Below, piece after piece: positions 46,504 to 55,263 of a stretch of DNA of 55,682 bases. The first letter of the stretch is position 1, and the number at the start of each line of letters is the position of its first letter. The position numbers and the translations under genes are program-made. The stretch lies in the IMG/VR virus record IMGVR_UViG_3300036850_000029, positions 1 to 55,682 of that record; one strand, given 5' to 3'. Source of the DNA: a virus (taxonomy: Duplodnaviria; Caudoviricetes). The notes beneath the pieces were generated by a model. That model had not been told where the DNA came from and ran no database searches. It worked only from the letters and a program-made list of their open reading frames with translations.

Positions 46504-47977
46504 CACCTGTCTTGTTAGCCTCGGTAGGGCGGGGGACGTATGCGGAAGCTTACGAGCCGTTCCGCTTCTCAATGCCAGGCATGGTGGACGCATCGCCATG
46601 ATGGTTGCGCGTCCGTACGTGGATTTGCTCGACGGCTGCTCCTACGTTGAAGCCGTCCCGTTTGAAGGTCCTTTCACTAAGATTCACGACGCACTTGCCA
46701 TTGCCAGATCGAAGTATCGCCATGTCATAAACGCAGCGGTGTACGGAGAGAATTACGGCACAGACAGAAAGGCAGAATCGTTCTGCATTGAAAGCTGGCG
46801 ATTGATGGGCTTGGAACATGCCTACTTCGATACACCCCTCATCTTCGACCGTCGATCCCCTGAACGTGAAGCCGCATTAATCGCAAACATTCCCACCGAC
46901 AAACCTTGGCTCCTCATCAATTGCAGCGGCCAATCGTCCCCATTCCCTTACACCGGTCAACTCAGGCAACAACTGCGCAAGTGGCGTGACAAATTTGAAA
47001 TCATCGACCTGTCACTGGTGAAGGCTGAACGACTGTATGACCTGCTCGCCTTCTACGATAAGGCTGCCCTGTTAATCACCACGGATACAGCGACACTTCA
47101 CCTTGCTGCCGCCTCCAAAGTCCCTACGCTCGCCTTCATCACAGACAAGCCGTCTATGTGGCACGGCGCAGCCCCAACGTGCAATTGCCCTTTGAAGATC
47201 CGTTACAGCGATTACCCGAATCGCCAGAAAGAAGTTGATGCATTGATCGGCTCCATTCGTCCAATTACTCCCATCATTCCCATCGTTCATTCCGGCCCTC
47301 GTCTTATTCATATCTGGTCTGAGTATCCAGCCACCGGGGATGACGCGAGACGTTATGCCTTCACCAAGACGACGTGGGAAGCCGAGTGGAAAACCGCCAA
47401 CTGGCAGCCTAAACCGCTCACGGATGATCTGTTCAAGCGGTCGTCAAAGAGCGAATTGAACGACGTGCATCCTCTGCCGTTCATTAAGGATATGATGGAT
47501 CTTGGTTGTGAAGGGGCAAACGATGACGACGTGATCGTGTTCACCAATCGTGATACATGCCTCATGAAAGGAATTGGAAAGGCGATCCTTCGCGACATTA
47601 AAAAGTCATCCTGCCTATGGGCGCATCGTTGGGACTTCGGACATCTGGACAAGCCGCTTGAACCGCATCAGCTATTTGACGGCGCTCTGTATGTTGGATG
47701 CGATCTATTCGCGTTCACTGTCGGTTGGTGGAAGAAACACAGAGACGAATATCCAGACATGGTTTCCGCGAGAGAGGCATTCGACTGGATGCTCCGCGAA
47801 TTGATGAAGCTAAGGGGAGGAGTGGAATGGCACACTGGCATTTATCACATTTCCCATGCGAGCTATTGGTATAATCCTCGCGTGAAGAACTCAAACCCAT
47901 CCCAGCTTCACAACAAACGGCTCGCCAGAGAATTCCTCACCAAACACAAGCTGCCGCAGGATGGGTTTAGTCGCTAG
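46493..47977 (+). CDS. GT9-like glycosyltransferase fused to a second GT-like domain
   Basis: LGRAGDV, LITTDTATLHLAAA; C-terminal FTNRD...GCDLFAF. Confidence 0.75.
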   Translation: METSTCLVSLGRAGDVCGSLRAVPLLNARHGGRIAMMVARPYVDLLDGCSYVEAVPFEGPFTKIHDALAIARSKYRHVINAAVYGENYGTDRKAESFCIESWRLMGLEHAYFDTPLIFDRRSPEREAALIANIPTDKPWLLINCSGQSSPFPYTGQLRQQLRKWRDKFEIIDLSLVKAERLYDLLAFYDKAALLITTDTATLHLAAASKVPTLAFITDKPSMWHGAAPTCNCPLKIRYSDYPNRQKEVDALIGSIRPITPIIPIVHSGPRLIHIWSEYPATGDDARRYAFTKTTWEAEWKTANWQPKPLTDDLFKRSSKSELNDVHPLPFIKDMMDLGCEGANDDDVIVFTNRDTCLMKGIGKAILRDIKKSSCLWAHRWDFGHLDKPLEPHQLFDGALYVGCDLFAFTVGWWKKHRDEYPDMVSAREAFDWMLRELMKLRGGVEWHTGIYHISHASYWYNPRVKNSNPSQLHNKRLAREFLTKHKLPQDGFSR

Positions 47978-50286
47978 GCTTGGGTGATGGTCAAATCGTC
48001 GATATACCCGACAAAATTTGTCCCTCCCCACGCTTCGGCAAGTATCTCAACAACGCCAGCCTCCGTCGGCTGGAACGTAATCGTGATTTCTTCCCAGACG
48101 TTTGCACCAGCACTCATCGCCGCTGTCACATCATTCGGAATCCCGCTCAACTGAGCGCCTTTGCAATTCAATCGCAGAGTCAATCCTGTGTCCGTTCTTC
48201 GCAGCCAAGCCTTGAAAGTAACCAGCGCATTTGCTGCACAAGCCACCTTGGCAATGCTAAGATCCAACGGATACGTCGCGCTACGATTAGTGCTCGTAGG
48301 CAGCAACGCCCATGAAATTCCTGATGCTGTGTGACGAACGGTCGCCTCGCTACGGATCAATCCTCCGTCTGTGAAAATCTGATGGTTGTCAGCGATGCCG
48401 TCGTGTTTTTCGGAGAAGATGCGGGAGTTAGCGAAAGCTGTTTGTCCTGTTACTTCTGTGCCTTCTGACATGGTAAAGTTTCGGATGTAGTTTATTCCTA
48501 CAGTATTAGTAACAGAAGACGGATTTCCAGACGTTGATCCCGAATAAATAATGTTGTTGTTTCCCGGTATAGCACTTACTCCGTTGGTACCATTATTATT
48601 GGCCCCATTCAACGTCGTGATACTGTTTCTGGAACTGTTGAAGAATTGAACTCCGTTGCTACCGTTATTGTTTGCACCGTTCAAAGTCGTGATCTTGTTG
48701 TTGGAACTGCTTGAGATAAAAACGCCGTTGGTACCATTATTATTGGCCCTATTCAACGTCGTGATCGTGTTGCTGAATCCTGTGGACATACTTACTCCGT
48801 TGGTACCATTATTATTGGCCCCATTCAACGTCGTGATACTGTTTCCGTTCCCTACCCCAAAGTTGACTCCGTTGGTACTATTGTTGTTTGCCCCATTCAA
48901 CGTCGTGATCGTGTTGCTGAAGCTGCTTTGTGTAAAAAACATACCGTGGTTGTAACGTACCAATCCGAATTTATTAAGACTTACAAAGCTTTTTGAATTT
49001 AGCGTAATACCTCCATCCCCAAGCCCATTCTGACCATCGAACCAAGTCTCCAAGGTTTGTGTGCTCATGTCCGTTCGATCCCAACCACCTTCAAATGAAA
49101 TGAGATTGCCATCTGTTCCAGAATCCTGGACATCATTGACTGGCGCGGAGGCTACAGCCATGACTGTTTTGATAGTCTCTCTCTTGTAAGTCGTCACTGT
49201 CTCAGTCACGCCTGAATAACCACGCCAATTCGTATCAGTTGGAATTGTGTTAACCCGCATATCTAACACTACCCTTGTCCCATTTATCGACTGAATACCG
49301 TGCCATGTTTCCCCAGCCGTGTTCTTCCCAATCAAGCTTGTCAGCGTGAGACTGTCCGCGCTGCTGGATACCTTGCACGCTAGAACGTTTGAAATCAAAA
49401 ATGTCTGAGCGCCGTTGTCTGTGTTCACCACGAAACCGATAGACTCAATGGCTGCGCCCAAAGCTCCCGCCATATCAACCGTGATTGGCATCCATTGATT
49501 GAGAGCCGCGAAAGCAGGGATATTGATCGTGTTAACCGGAGTCACGCCTGCTGCATCAGAGCAAAGAGTCAGTGATGTGGAAGCCGCCAATCCAAGCGTG
49601 CCTGCCGTCTGCTTGATCCAGAACGATACCTGTTGCTTGGATGAAAGATCCAGCGTGCCAGTTGGAAAGTAGGCCGCCAGTCCGGTTGTGAAACCTACTG
49701 CAACCGCAATCGAGTCTGATACGTCGCTGCACTTGAAATCTGACGTGTTCAGTGAAGTCGTCACATTCGCGCTCGCTGTCCACGCCACCCGTCCTTCACC
49801 ACGATTCGCGAAGCTCGCAATGTTCTGCGTGAGTGCAGACGCCAGTGTCACCCGCGAGTTGTTTCTCAATCTTGCTGTCCCACTCGCGCCACCTATCCCG
49901 TTCCCAGTGCTACCAACCAACTCGAACGTGTTCGCCGCTACGCTCGCGACTTCCCATGTTCCATTCGCGTTCGTGTTTGTCGTGTGACCCGTGATGATGA
50001 TTGTGTCTCCGTTCGCGTAACCGTGGCCAGTGAGTGTTACCTCAATCGGAGCCGCATTCGTGCTGCTCACGATGTTCTGTGTAGGAGCAAGTCCTCCCAC
50101 TCGATCTGTCCATACTCCCGTAATCCCAAGCGAAGTCGGAGCAGGACTGCCCATCACTCGGATTACGTCGCCAGGGGCTATGCGTGCGGCTGTAGCTCCC
50201 GACGTGAAGGTTTTCCATCGGTTCGCAAAGGACAAACCATCTGCGGCGTCTGAACCGTCCTCGTACGATAAAAAGTAGGTGGCCAA
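47974..50286 (-). CDS. Beta-helix spike/fibre protein
   Basis: GSDAADGLS...WKT N-terminus; five 24-aa Asn-rich coils; TTG start with GGAG. Confidence 0.7.
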   Translation of the reverse strand: MATYFLSYEDGSDAADGLSFANRWKTFTSGATAARIAPGDVIRVMGSPAPTSLGITGVWTDRVGGLAPTQNIVSSTNAAPIEVTLTGHGYANGDTIIITGHTTNTNANGTWEVASVAANTFELVGSTGNGIGGASGTARLRNNSRVTLASALTQNIASFANRGEGRVAWTASANVTTSLNTSDFKCSDVSDSIAVAVGFTTGLAAYFPTGTLDLSSKQQVSFWIKQTAGTLGLAASTSLTLCSDAAGVTPVNTINIPAFAALNQWMPITVDMAGALGAAIESIGFVVNTDNGAQTFLISNVLACKVSSSADSLTLTSLIGKNTAGETWHGIQSINGTRVVLDMRVNTIPTDTNWRGYSGVTETVTTYKRETIKTVMAVASAPVNDVQDSGTDGNLISFEGGWDRTDMSTQTLETWFDGQNGLGDGGITLNSKSFVSLNKFGLVRYNHGMFFTQSSFSNTITTLNGANNNSTNGVNFGVGNGNSITTLNGANNNGTNGVSMSTGFSNTITTLNRANNNGTNGVFISSSSNNKITTLNGANNNGSNGVQFFNSSRNSITTLNGANNNGTNGVSAIPGNNNIIYSGSTSGNPSSVTNTVGINYIRNFTMSEGTEVTGQTAFANSRIFSEKHDGIADNHQIFTDGGLIRSEATVRHTASGISWALLPTSTNRSATYPLDLSIAKVACAANALVTFKAWLRRTDTGLTLRLNCKGAQLSGIPNDVTAAMSAGANVWEEITITFQPTEAGVVEILAEAWGGTNFVGYIDDLTITQA
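48578..48915 (-). repeat. 72-bp tandem coding repeat x5
   Basis: ITTLN(G/R)ANNN.(T/S)NGV every 24 aa. Confidence 0.9.
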
Positions 50287-50304
50287 TTTATTTGTTCTCC
50301 GTGA

Positions 50305-50586
50305 TTAAGGGTCTGGTGCCGCAATAAACGGTTGTGCCTGCCATGCTACATCCATTCCGTCTGTGTCGATTGAATCTTTTGCAGTCACATTAACGAATGG
50401 TTGAGCCTGCCACGCGAAGTCCATCGTCTCAAGATCCGCCTTGTTTGGCAACGCGCCTTCAGGCGGCGGAACAGGAGCGTTCGCAATCTCACAAAGCAAC
50501 TGTGTCTTGATCGCCGCACGTTGTCTGGGTGGCAGGCAAACGAAGCATTTGCCGTCACTCAGCAATTGATTCACGTCACAAGCCAT
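50305..50586 (-). CDS. Small capsid-associated protein with MD.AWQAQPF repeat
   Basis: CD.NQLL.DG.CF.CLP N-terminus. Confidence 0.65.
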   Translation of the reverse strand: MACDVNQLLSDGKCFVCLPPRQRAAIKTQLLCEIANAPVPPPEGALPNKADLETMDFAWQAQPFVNVTAKDSIDTDGMDVAWQAQPFIAAPDP

Positions 50587-50590
50587 GACG

Positions 50591-50815
50591 CTACGCCTCG
50601 CTTATCTCGCAAAGAAGTTGGCTTTGAACGGCGCTCTGTTGAGGCTCTGTCAATCTCATGAACGGTTCAGCCGCATCTATCAACTCATCAACCGTCTGCG
50701 TATTGCCAGCGATCTCTTTGAGAAGTTGAGTTTGAATCGCGAGGATCTGTTTGGTTGGAAGACACGAAAAACAGCCGCCATCAGCCAGGAGTTGATTAGG
50801 ATCGCACGATGCCAT
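50591..50815 (-). CDS. Small capsid-associated protein
   Basis: Paralog of previous gene; QxQLLxEI twice. Confidence 0.65.
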   Translation of the reverse strand: MASCDPNQLLADGGCFSCLPTKQILAIQTQLLKEIAGNTQTVDELIDAAEPFMRLTEPQQSAVQSQLLCEISEA

Positions 50816-50817
50816 AA

Positions 50818-51096
50818 TCAGTAATCAGCCGCCATTGCATCAATCTCTTTGTCAGCCGAATGTTGAACCGGCACATCCTCGTCATCGTTTGAAATGACTT
50901 TTTCGTTGGGCTGAACACCGCGCTCAAGGGGCTTGCCATCTATGTGTGTGATCGTAAAACGCTCTCCGATCTTGATCCACTTCACCATTGCCTCGCCCTC
51001 ATCCTGTCCCATTGCAACCGTTCCTTCAGGCGGAGTGAACTCGACGCCGGGATAGTTGTCGTGCATTTGCATAAGGATCGGGAGTGGCCAACCCAT
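50818..51096 (-). CDS. Hypothetical acidic protein
   Basis: Follows the capsid gene; start uncertain. Confidence 0.5.
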   Translation of the reverse strand: MGWPLPILMQMHDNYPGVEFTPPEGTVAMGQDEGEAMVKWIKIGERFTITHIDGKPLERGVQPNEKVISNDDEDVPVQHSADKEIDAMAADY

Positions 51097-51116
51097 TGTC
51101 AGCCACTCCCGCTTGG

Positions 51117-52658
51117 TTATTCAAGGCCGCAAACAACGTCCAGTTCGACGCTGTTACACGTCGAATCGTCCAGCAGCAACGGATTGGCGTTTCCAACTGC
51201 GCTGAACGTGCCCAACGAGCCAACGTTCGCATTCAGCCAGACAACCAGCGCATCCATGTCTGCCAACGGTCCTGATGCGTCATGCACAATCGGCACACCA
51301 TTACAGGTAATGCTCTCGTCATCCGCACTGATCGAGTAGGTTTCCCCCTCGCCCAGTTCGCACAGAGTGAACGACATCTGCGGGTTCGGGCACGGATCAT
51401 TCGCGCTGTTGTAATCCTGCTCAACATAGCCAGGATCATCGGAGCAAGGCTCCTCACAGGCGATGCAAGAACGATCGCGCAGCGACAGAATCGCAATGAC
51501 CCATTCAGGCCGCACGTACTGTGTCGCATTCACGAAGTCCGCAATGAACTTGCCCTTGTTACGCCGGGTGTTCTCGATCACGCAACCATTCGAGTCCGCC
51601 CCGAGGTTGTCCTGAACGAACTGCCATTTGCCGCCAAAATCACGGGCTGCAAACGGCATCATCGGGTTGATCTGGGTGTTGCTGCGAACCAGCGATTTCA
51701 TCGCCATCCGGTTCCAGATGAAGTCGATCTGGTAATGGGCATTCACCCATTGATCGTTCACGACTCCCTTGATCCCTTGCGTCGCCGCCTCGTTCACATA
51801 CGGGTAAACGCGTTGAAGCGTCACGCCGTCGTTGAGCAACTGATACCGGATTGGGAACATGTCGATGCGGATACCGAAGTTCCCCACCGCGTCCGTGATG
51901 CCGTACTTATACAGCGCACCCCCCTTGACGAAGTTGTCGAACCGATACATCGCCTGCAACTCGGCATTGCCTTCGCGCAAGCGCCATGCCGTCTCGATGT
52001 CCGTCACAAACTCAAACATCGGGGGCATGTCAGGAACCGATCCGAGATAGCCGTTGAGCATCAGCGGAACAACGAATCGCTGAAGCATCTGAACGGTCAG
52101 CAAGCACGTCGGCAACACGCTCGGCACAATCTCCGTGCAATCACCGTTATCCGTGTAGGTGAATTCAGTCAGTGCCAAGCTCGAAACCACCTTCGTACCA
52201 GCCCCGCGAAATGCTTCCGTGCGGAACCGATCCGAGATGATGATATTCGTCGCCTGCTTCAACTGCTCGACGTACCCGGCAAACTGAGCTTTCGCCCGGT
52301 CCGCACTGAGAATCAGGTCGTAGCAGAAAAGCTGACTCTTGAACGATTTGCGCTGGAGACTGTAACTGTCCCTGGTCGTACCAAATCCAATCTCCGTTTC
52401 GTTGGGATCGCAAGGGGTGCCGATACAGGATTCAACCGTGACGTCTTCCCAGCAACCGGCGAGGTTAGGGAAAACACGGTTAATCCGGTCGAACGTATGA
52501 GAAACGCCATCCTGTGCCGGGAAGCTCCCGAGCATCACGTGGCCCACCCAACCGTCGGTTGGTGTGATGTCCTTGATTAACAACTCGTCGAGATGTTCCA
52601 CGCGACGAATGAGGATGTCCGAGAAAGCCTTACAAGAGAGACTGCCTGCTTCTGCCAT
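51117..52658 (-). CDS. Major capsid protein
   Basis: 513 aa, strongly biased codon use, own promoter and long leader, only MCP candidate. Confidence 0.75.
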   Translation of the reverse strand: MAEAGSLSCKAFSDILIRRVEHLDELLIKDITPTDGWVGHVMLGSFPAQDGVSHTFDRINRVFPNLAGCWEDVTVESCIGTPCDPNETEIGFGTTRDSYSLQRKSFKSQLFCYDLILSADRAKAQFAGYVEQLKQATNIIISDRFRTEAFRGAGTKVVSSLALTEFTYTDNGDCTEIVPSVLPTCLLTVQMLQRFVVPLMLNGYLGSVPDMPPMFEFVTDIETAWRLREGNAELQAMYRFDNFVKGGALYKYGITDAVGNFGIRIDMFPIRYQLLNDGVTLQRVYPYVNEAATQGIKGVVNDQWVNAHYQIDFIWNRMAMKSLVRSNTQINPMMPFAARDFGGKWQFVQDNLGADSNGCVIENTRRNKGKFIADFVNATQYVRPEWVIAILSLRDRSCIACEEPCSDDPGYVEQDYNSANDPCPNPQMSFTLCELGEGETYSISADDESITCNGVPIVHDASGPLADMDALVVWLNANVGSLGTFSAVGNANPLLLDDSTCNSVELDVVCGLE

Positions 52659-52930
52659 AGTTTTCGTGCTCCAAAGTGTTATGGACGCAAATGCGTCCGG
52701 TTTACTTCGTAGCGGGCGTTTGACTACGGCAGCTCGAACATTTCCGAGAAGCCTCGACCCTTCTTTCAGAGTCTCCCAAAAGTTGCGGATGGCAGCTTTT
52801 AGAGTGGCTTAACACTTGAACCCAGAATCGCCGCAACTTGGCCAACCTGAATTCGCCTCCGTAGCAAGCCAGAGGACTTTACCGATACATTGCTGAATGG
52901 ACGGATACGCTCACGCCTTGAACTTGTCAA
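52659..52930 (-). promoter_or_regulatory. MCP promoter (TTGACA at 52925-52930) and ~240-nt structured leader
   Basis: Several hairpins and a 9-bp long-range stem. Confidence 0.55.
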
Positions 52931-52963
52931 GCAGATCGAGTTGGTTCATAAAGGGTTCAATTA

Positions 52964-53908
52964 TTAGACATCAAGTTCACACGATTTATCAAAAGCCCGT
53001 TCAGCACAAGAACATGGAATGTCAGGCTCGGAGTTCGCCGGTTCATCGAAGAGGTCTTTTTCATTTGCGAGTTGCTCGATTAGTTCGTAAGGCTCTCCTA
53101 GCCTAAAGTGTTTTCCGTTTCGGGTCTCTCCGTTTGCAGATTTCTTGGATTCCCACCCCTTCCACCACCCAAGCAATCCCGGATTCTCTTTGACCAGCTT
53201 CACTCGTTTCCATTTCGCTTTCAAAAAGCAAAGATCGCAGTTTCCTTGGTAACTCTTCAGCCTCAGATCGAAACAATTCTCCTGCCAGAACTTAATTACG
53301 TCCGCTTCGGTCACGCCCCACTCAACCAAAGGAAAACGTGGGTGCTCGAAACTGTCGCAATTAGCGAGGATCTGGATTGATCGGTGGCTTTCGTCTTTTC
53401 TGATTCCAATGATGCTTGCGTATTCTTTCAGCCCGATGGAGAACAGATACCGCATCGCCGTGCGTATCTTGAGTTGGATGGAGCATCCTCGACTTACCAC
53501 ATTCGGAAGCACGGTCATCCAGTTAAGCAGTTCATCGAATGGCTCCCCACGCCTGCTGGCCGTTTCATAGGTAACGATTTTGTACCAGTGAACAGTCTCT
53601 CCGATGGCTGCGGCTTTTGCGAGATTGGCGTTTCTTCTCGCCGTAGGGAAAATGCCATCAGGAATATCAGATGCCAGTTTTCGGGTGTACTCTACCCATA
53701 CAATGGGAACCTCCCATCTGGTCTGGACTTCATTGACGAAATCGAGTGTTTCCGGCATCTCCTTGCCTGTGTTGCAGAATATCGTGACATAATCATCCCG
53801 ATAGTGTGGATATGCGTCGAGCAACTTACGAAGCATGAACCCACTTGTTCTTCCACCGGAAAAGAGCACAGCGGGTTGGGGGGCCTTAATGTGAATTGGT
53901 TCGCTCAT
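52964..53908 (-). CDS. PAPS-reductase-like (PP-loop) protein
   Basis: FSGGRTS, NTGKE..ETLDFV, IGIRKDE, GNCDLCFLK. Confidence 0.8.
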   Translation of the reverse strand: MSEPIHIKAPQPAVLFSGGRTSGFMLRKLLDAYPHYRDDYVTIFCNTGKEMPETLDFVNEVQTRWEVPIVWVEYTRKLASDIPDGIFPTARRNANLAKAAAIGETVHWYKIVTYETASRRGEPFDELLNWMTVLPNVVSRGCSIQLKIRTAMRYLFSIGLKEYASIIGIRKDESHRSIQILANCDSFEHPRFPLVEWGVTEADVIKFWQENCFDLRLKSYQGNCDLCFLKAKWKRVKLVKENPGLLGWWKGWESKKSANGETRNGKHFRLGEPYELIEQLANEKDLFDEPANSEPDIPCSCAERAFDKSCELDV

Positions 53909-53909
53909 T

Positions 53910-54010
53910 GTAATAAAACGACCCCAGCATCCAATGGCGTGATCGTCGGGCTTTGAAAACCCTAGAAACTCAGATGCCGGGGCCAAGATTTATTGTGTTC
54001 GATCACGCGC
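53910..54010 (-). promoter_or_regulatory. Pseudoknot/switch leader of the PAPS-reductase-like gene
   Basis: Crossing stems 53920-53931/53973-53984 and 53937-53945/54000-54008. Confidence 0.55.
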
Positions 54011-54056
54011 CTCAAATCCTACTGACAATCCTTGGTGAATCAAGCATAAATGGCTC

Positions 54057-54347
54057 ATGCCCGACTTGGCGATGAAACTGAAACCGGATCGAATGAGGAT
54101 TGAGAATTACGCTGATCTGACCAATTTACCTGAACCTGGCCGAATCGTGACGATTCTTGGGATACGCGAGATTCATTTTTTCGATGACAAGACACATCGA
54201 GCGTATTGGGTGGCAGCGTGGTTGAAAGTGCCTGAGACGGCTGAATTGTTCATTCAGGAATGCAATCGAATTTTCGCCGGTGTCCATTTCGAGAAATGGG
54301 AATACGGGACGAAACGATTCGAGGCCGAAGGGATAAAGATCGGTTGA
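54057..54347 (+). CDS. Hypothetical protein
   Basis: ORF divergent from the PAPS gene. Confidence 0.5.
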   Translation: MPDLAMKLKPDRMRIENYADLTNLPEPGRIVTILGIREIHFFDDKTHRAYWVAAWLKVPETAELFIQECNRIFAGVHFEKWEYGTKRFEAEGIKIG

Positions 54348-54563
54348 GCTTCATGCAGGCAGGACACGCGCATGGGAGATCGTCGTTGATGGGAAGCTTC
54401 CCGATCAACAGACCGAACCCGCCGCACACAGGGCACGCTGCATTGATCCAATTTGGCTTCATCATTAGATTCACTTAACCATAACAAGTAGACTTCCTGA
54501 AAACTTTCGTCAACGGGATTTTCGGAATGACAGGGGAGCGGGAGCGGGATTATGGTGGCGGGC

Positions 54564-54684
54564 GTGAGCGTGAGACCGATTACGAGGTTATGGGAGATGA
54601 GTAGCGTCATCCGGTGCCCTGCGTGCCGTGAAACACCCCTACGCTGGCGATCCGAACGCGGGTGAAAACCCCGCCGCGCTCACA
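54564..54684 (+). ncRNA. tRNA-shaped ncRNA (not a canonical tRNA)
   Basis: Acceptor-like GTGAGCGTG/CGCGCTCAC; T-arm-like GCGGG-TGAAAAC-CCCGC; promoter-like ATGACA..TATGGT just upstream. Confidence 0.6.
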
Positions 54685-54712
54685 CTGAACCCAACCCGAA
54701 CTGGATAACGCC

Positions 54713-54910
54713 GTGAAAACCCTAATCTTGAACGAATCACTGGTTGAGGCGCTGACAATCCTGCAAGCGAGATACGATGTGGACAAGCGAATGGATGATT
54801 TCTCAAAGCGCGAAACAGGTGAGAAGTTCATCGGCAAAGGAGAGCTTGAGTTATGGATTTCCAAGCAAGTAATGGAGACGTTCAACGCGGCAACCAAAGA
54901 AACACCATGA
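54713..54910 (+). CDS. Hypothetical protein
   Basis: First ORF of rightward operon. Confidence 0.55.
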   Translation: MKTLILNESLVEALTILQARYDVDKRMDDFSKRETGEKFIGKGELELWISKQVMETFNAATKETP

Positions 54911-55263
54911 CCTGTAAAGAAATCAAAGCAGGGATGAGGATCGCCGTTGTCACTGTTTACGAGCTTCATCCTGTTGAAGATGAAGACAGGGTTTTAAACG
55001 GTGAAATGGATGCCTGTGGAGAAGTTATAGTACACGAAGGCCAAAATAAAATGTGGGGCAAACAAATCTGGCCTATACCGTGGTCTGAAAGAGAAAAGAA
55101 GAAGCAGTTGTTTTGCTTCGATATTTTCGGGTGCGAGGGGCAGTTCGAGTTGTTGGATTCAATAGCCAACAACATATCAGCGATGCCTCAAATGTCTTCG
55201 CTGACGCCTCCTTATGAACACATCTCCTACAAGGAATTTTTAGACAAGAAAGAAACACCATGA
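54907..55263 (+). CDS. Hypothetical protein flanked by 17-bp direct repeats
   Basis: AAAGAAACACCATGACC at 54896-54912 and 55249-55265. Confidence 0.6.
   Translation: MTCKEIKAGMRIAVVTVYELHPVEDEDRVLNGEMDACGEVIVHEGQNKMWGKQIWPIPWSEREKKKQLFCFDIFGCEGQFELLDSIANNISAMPQMSSLTPPYEHISYKEFLDKKETP

Noticed and set aside
51282-52580. 432-aa plus-strand ORF
   Set aside because: Antisense shadow of the codon-biased MCP gene; no motifs
54564-54684. Canonical tRNA or tmRNA
   Set aside because: No TTC T-loop, D arm or 7-nt anticodon arm; too short for tmRNA
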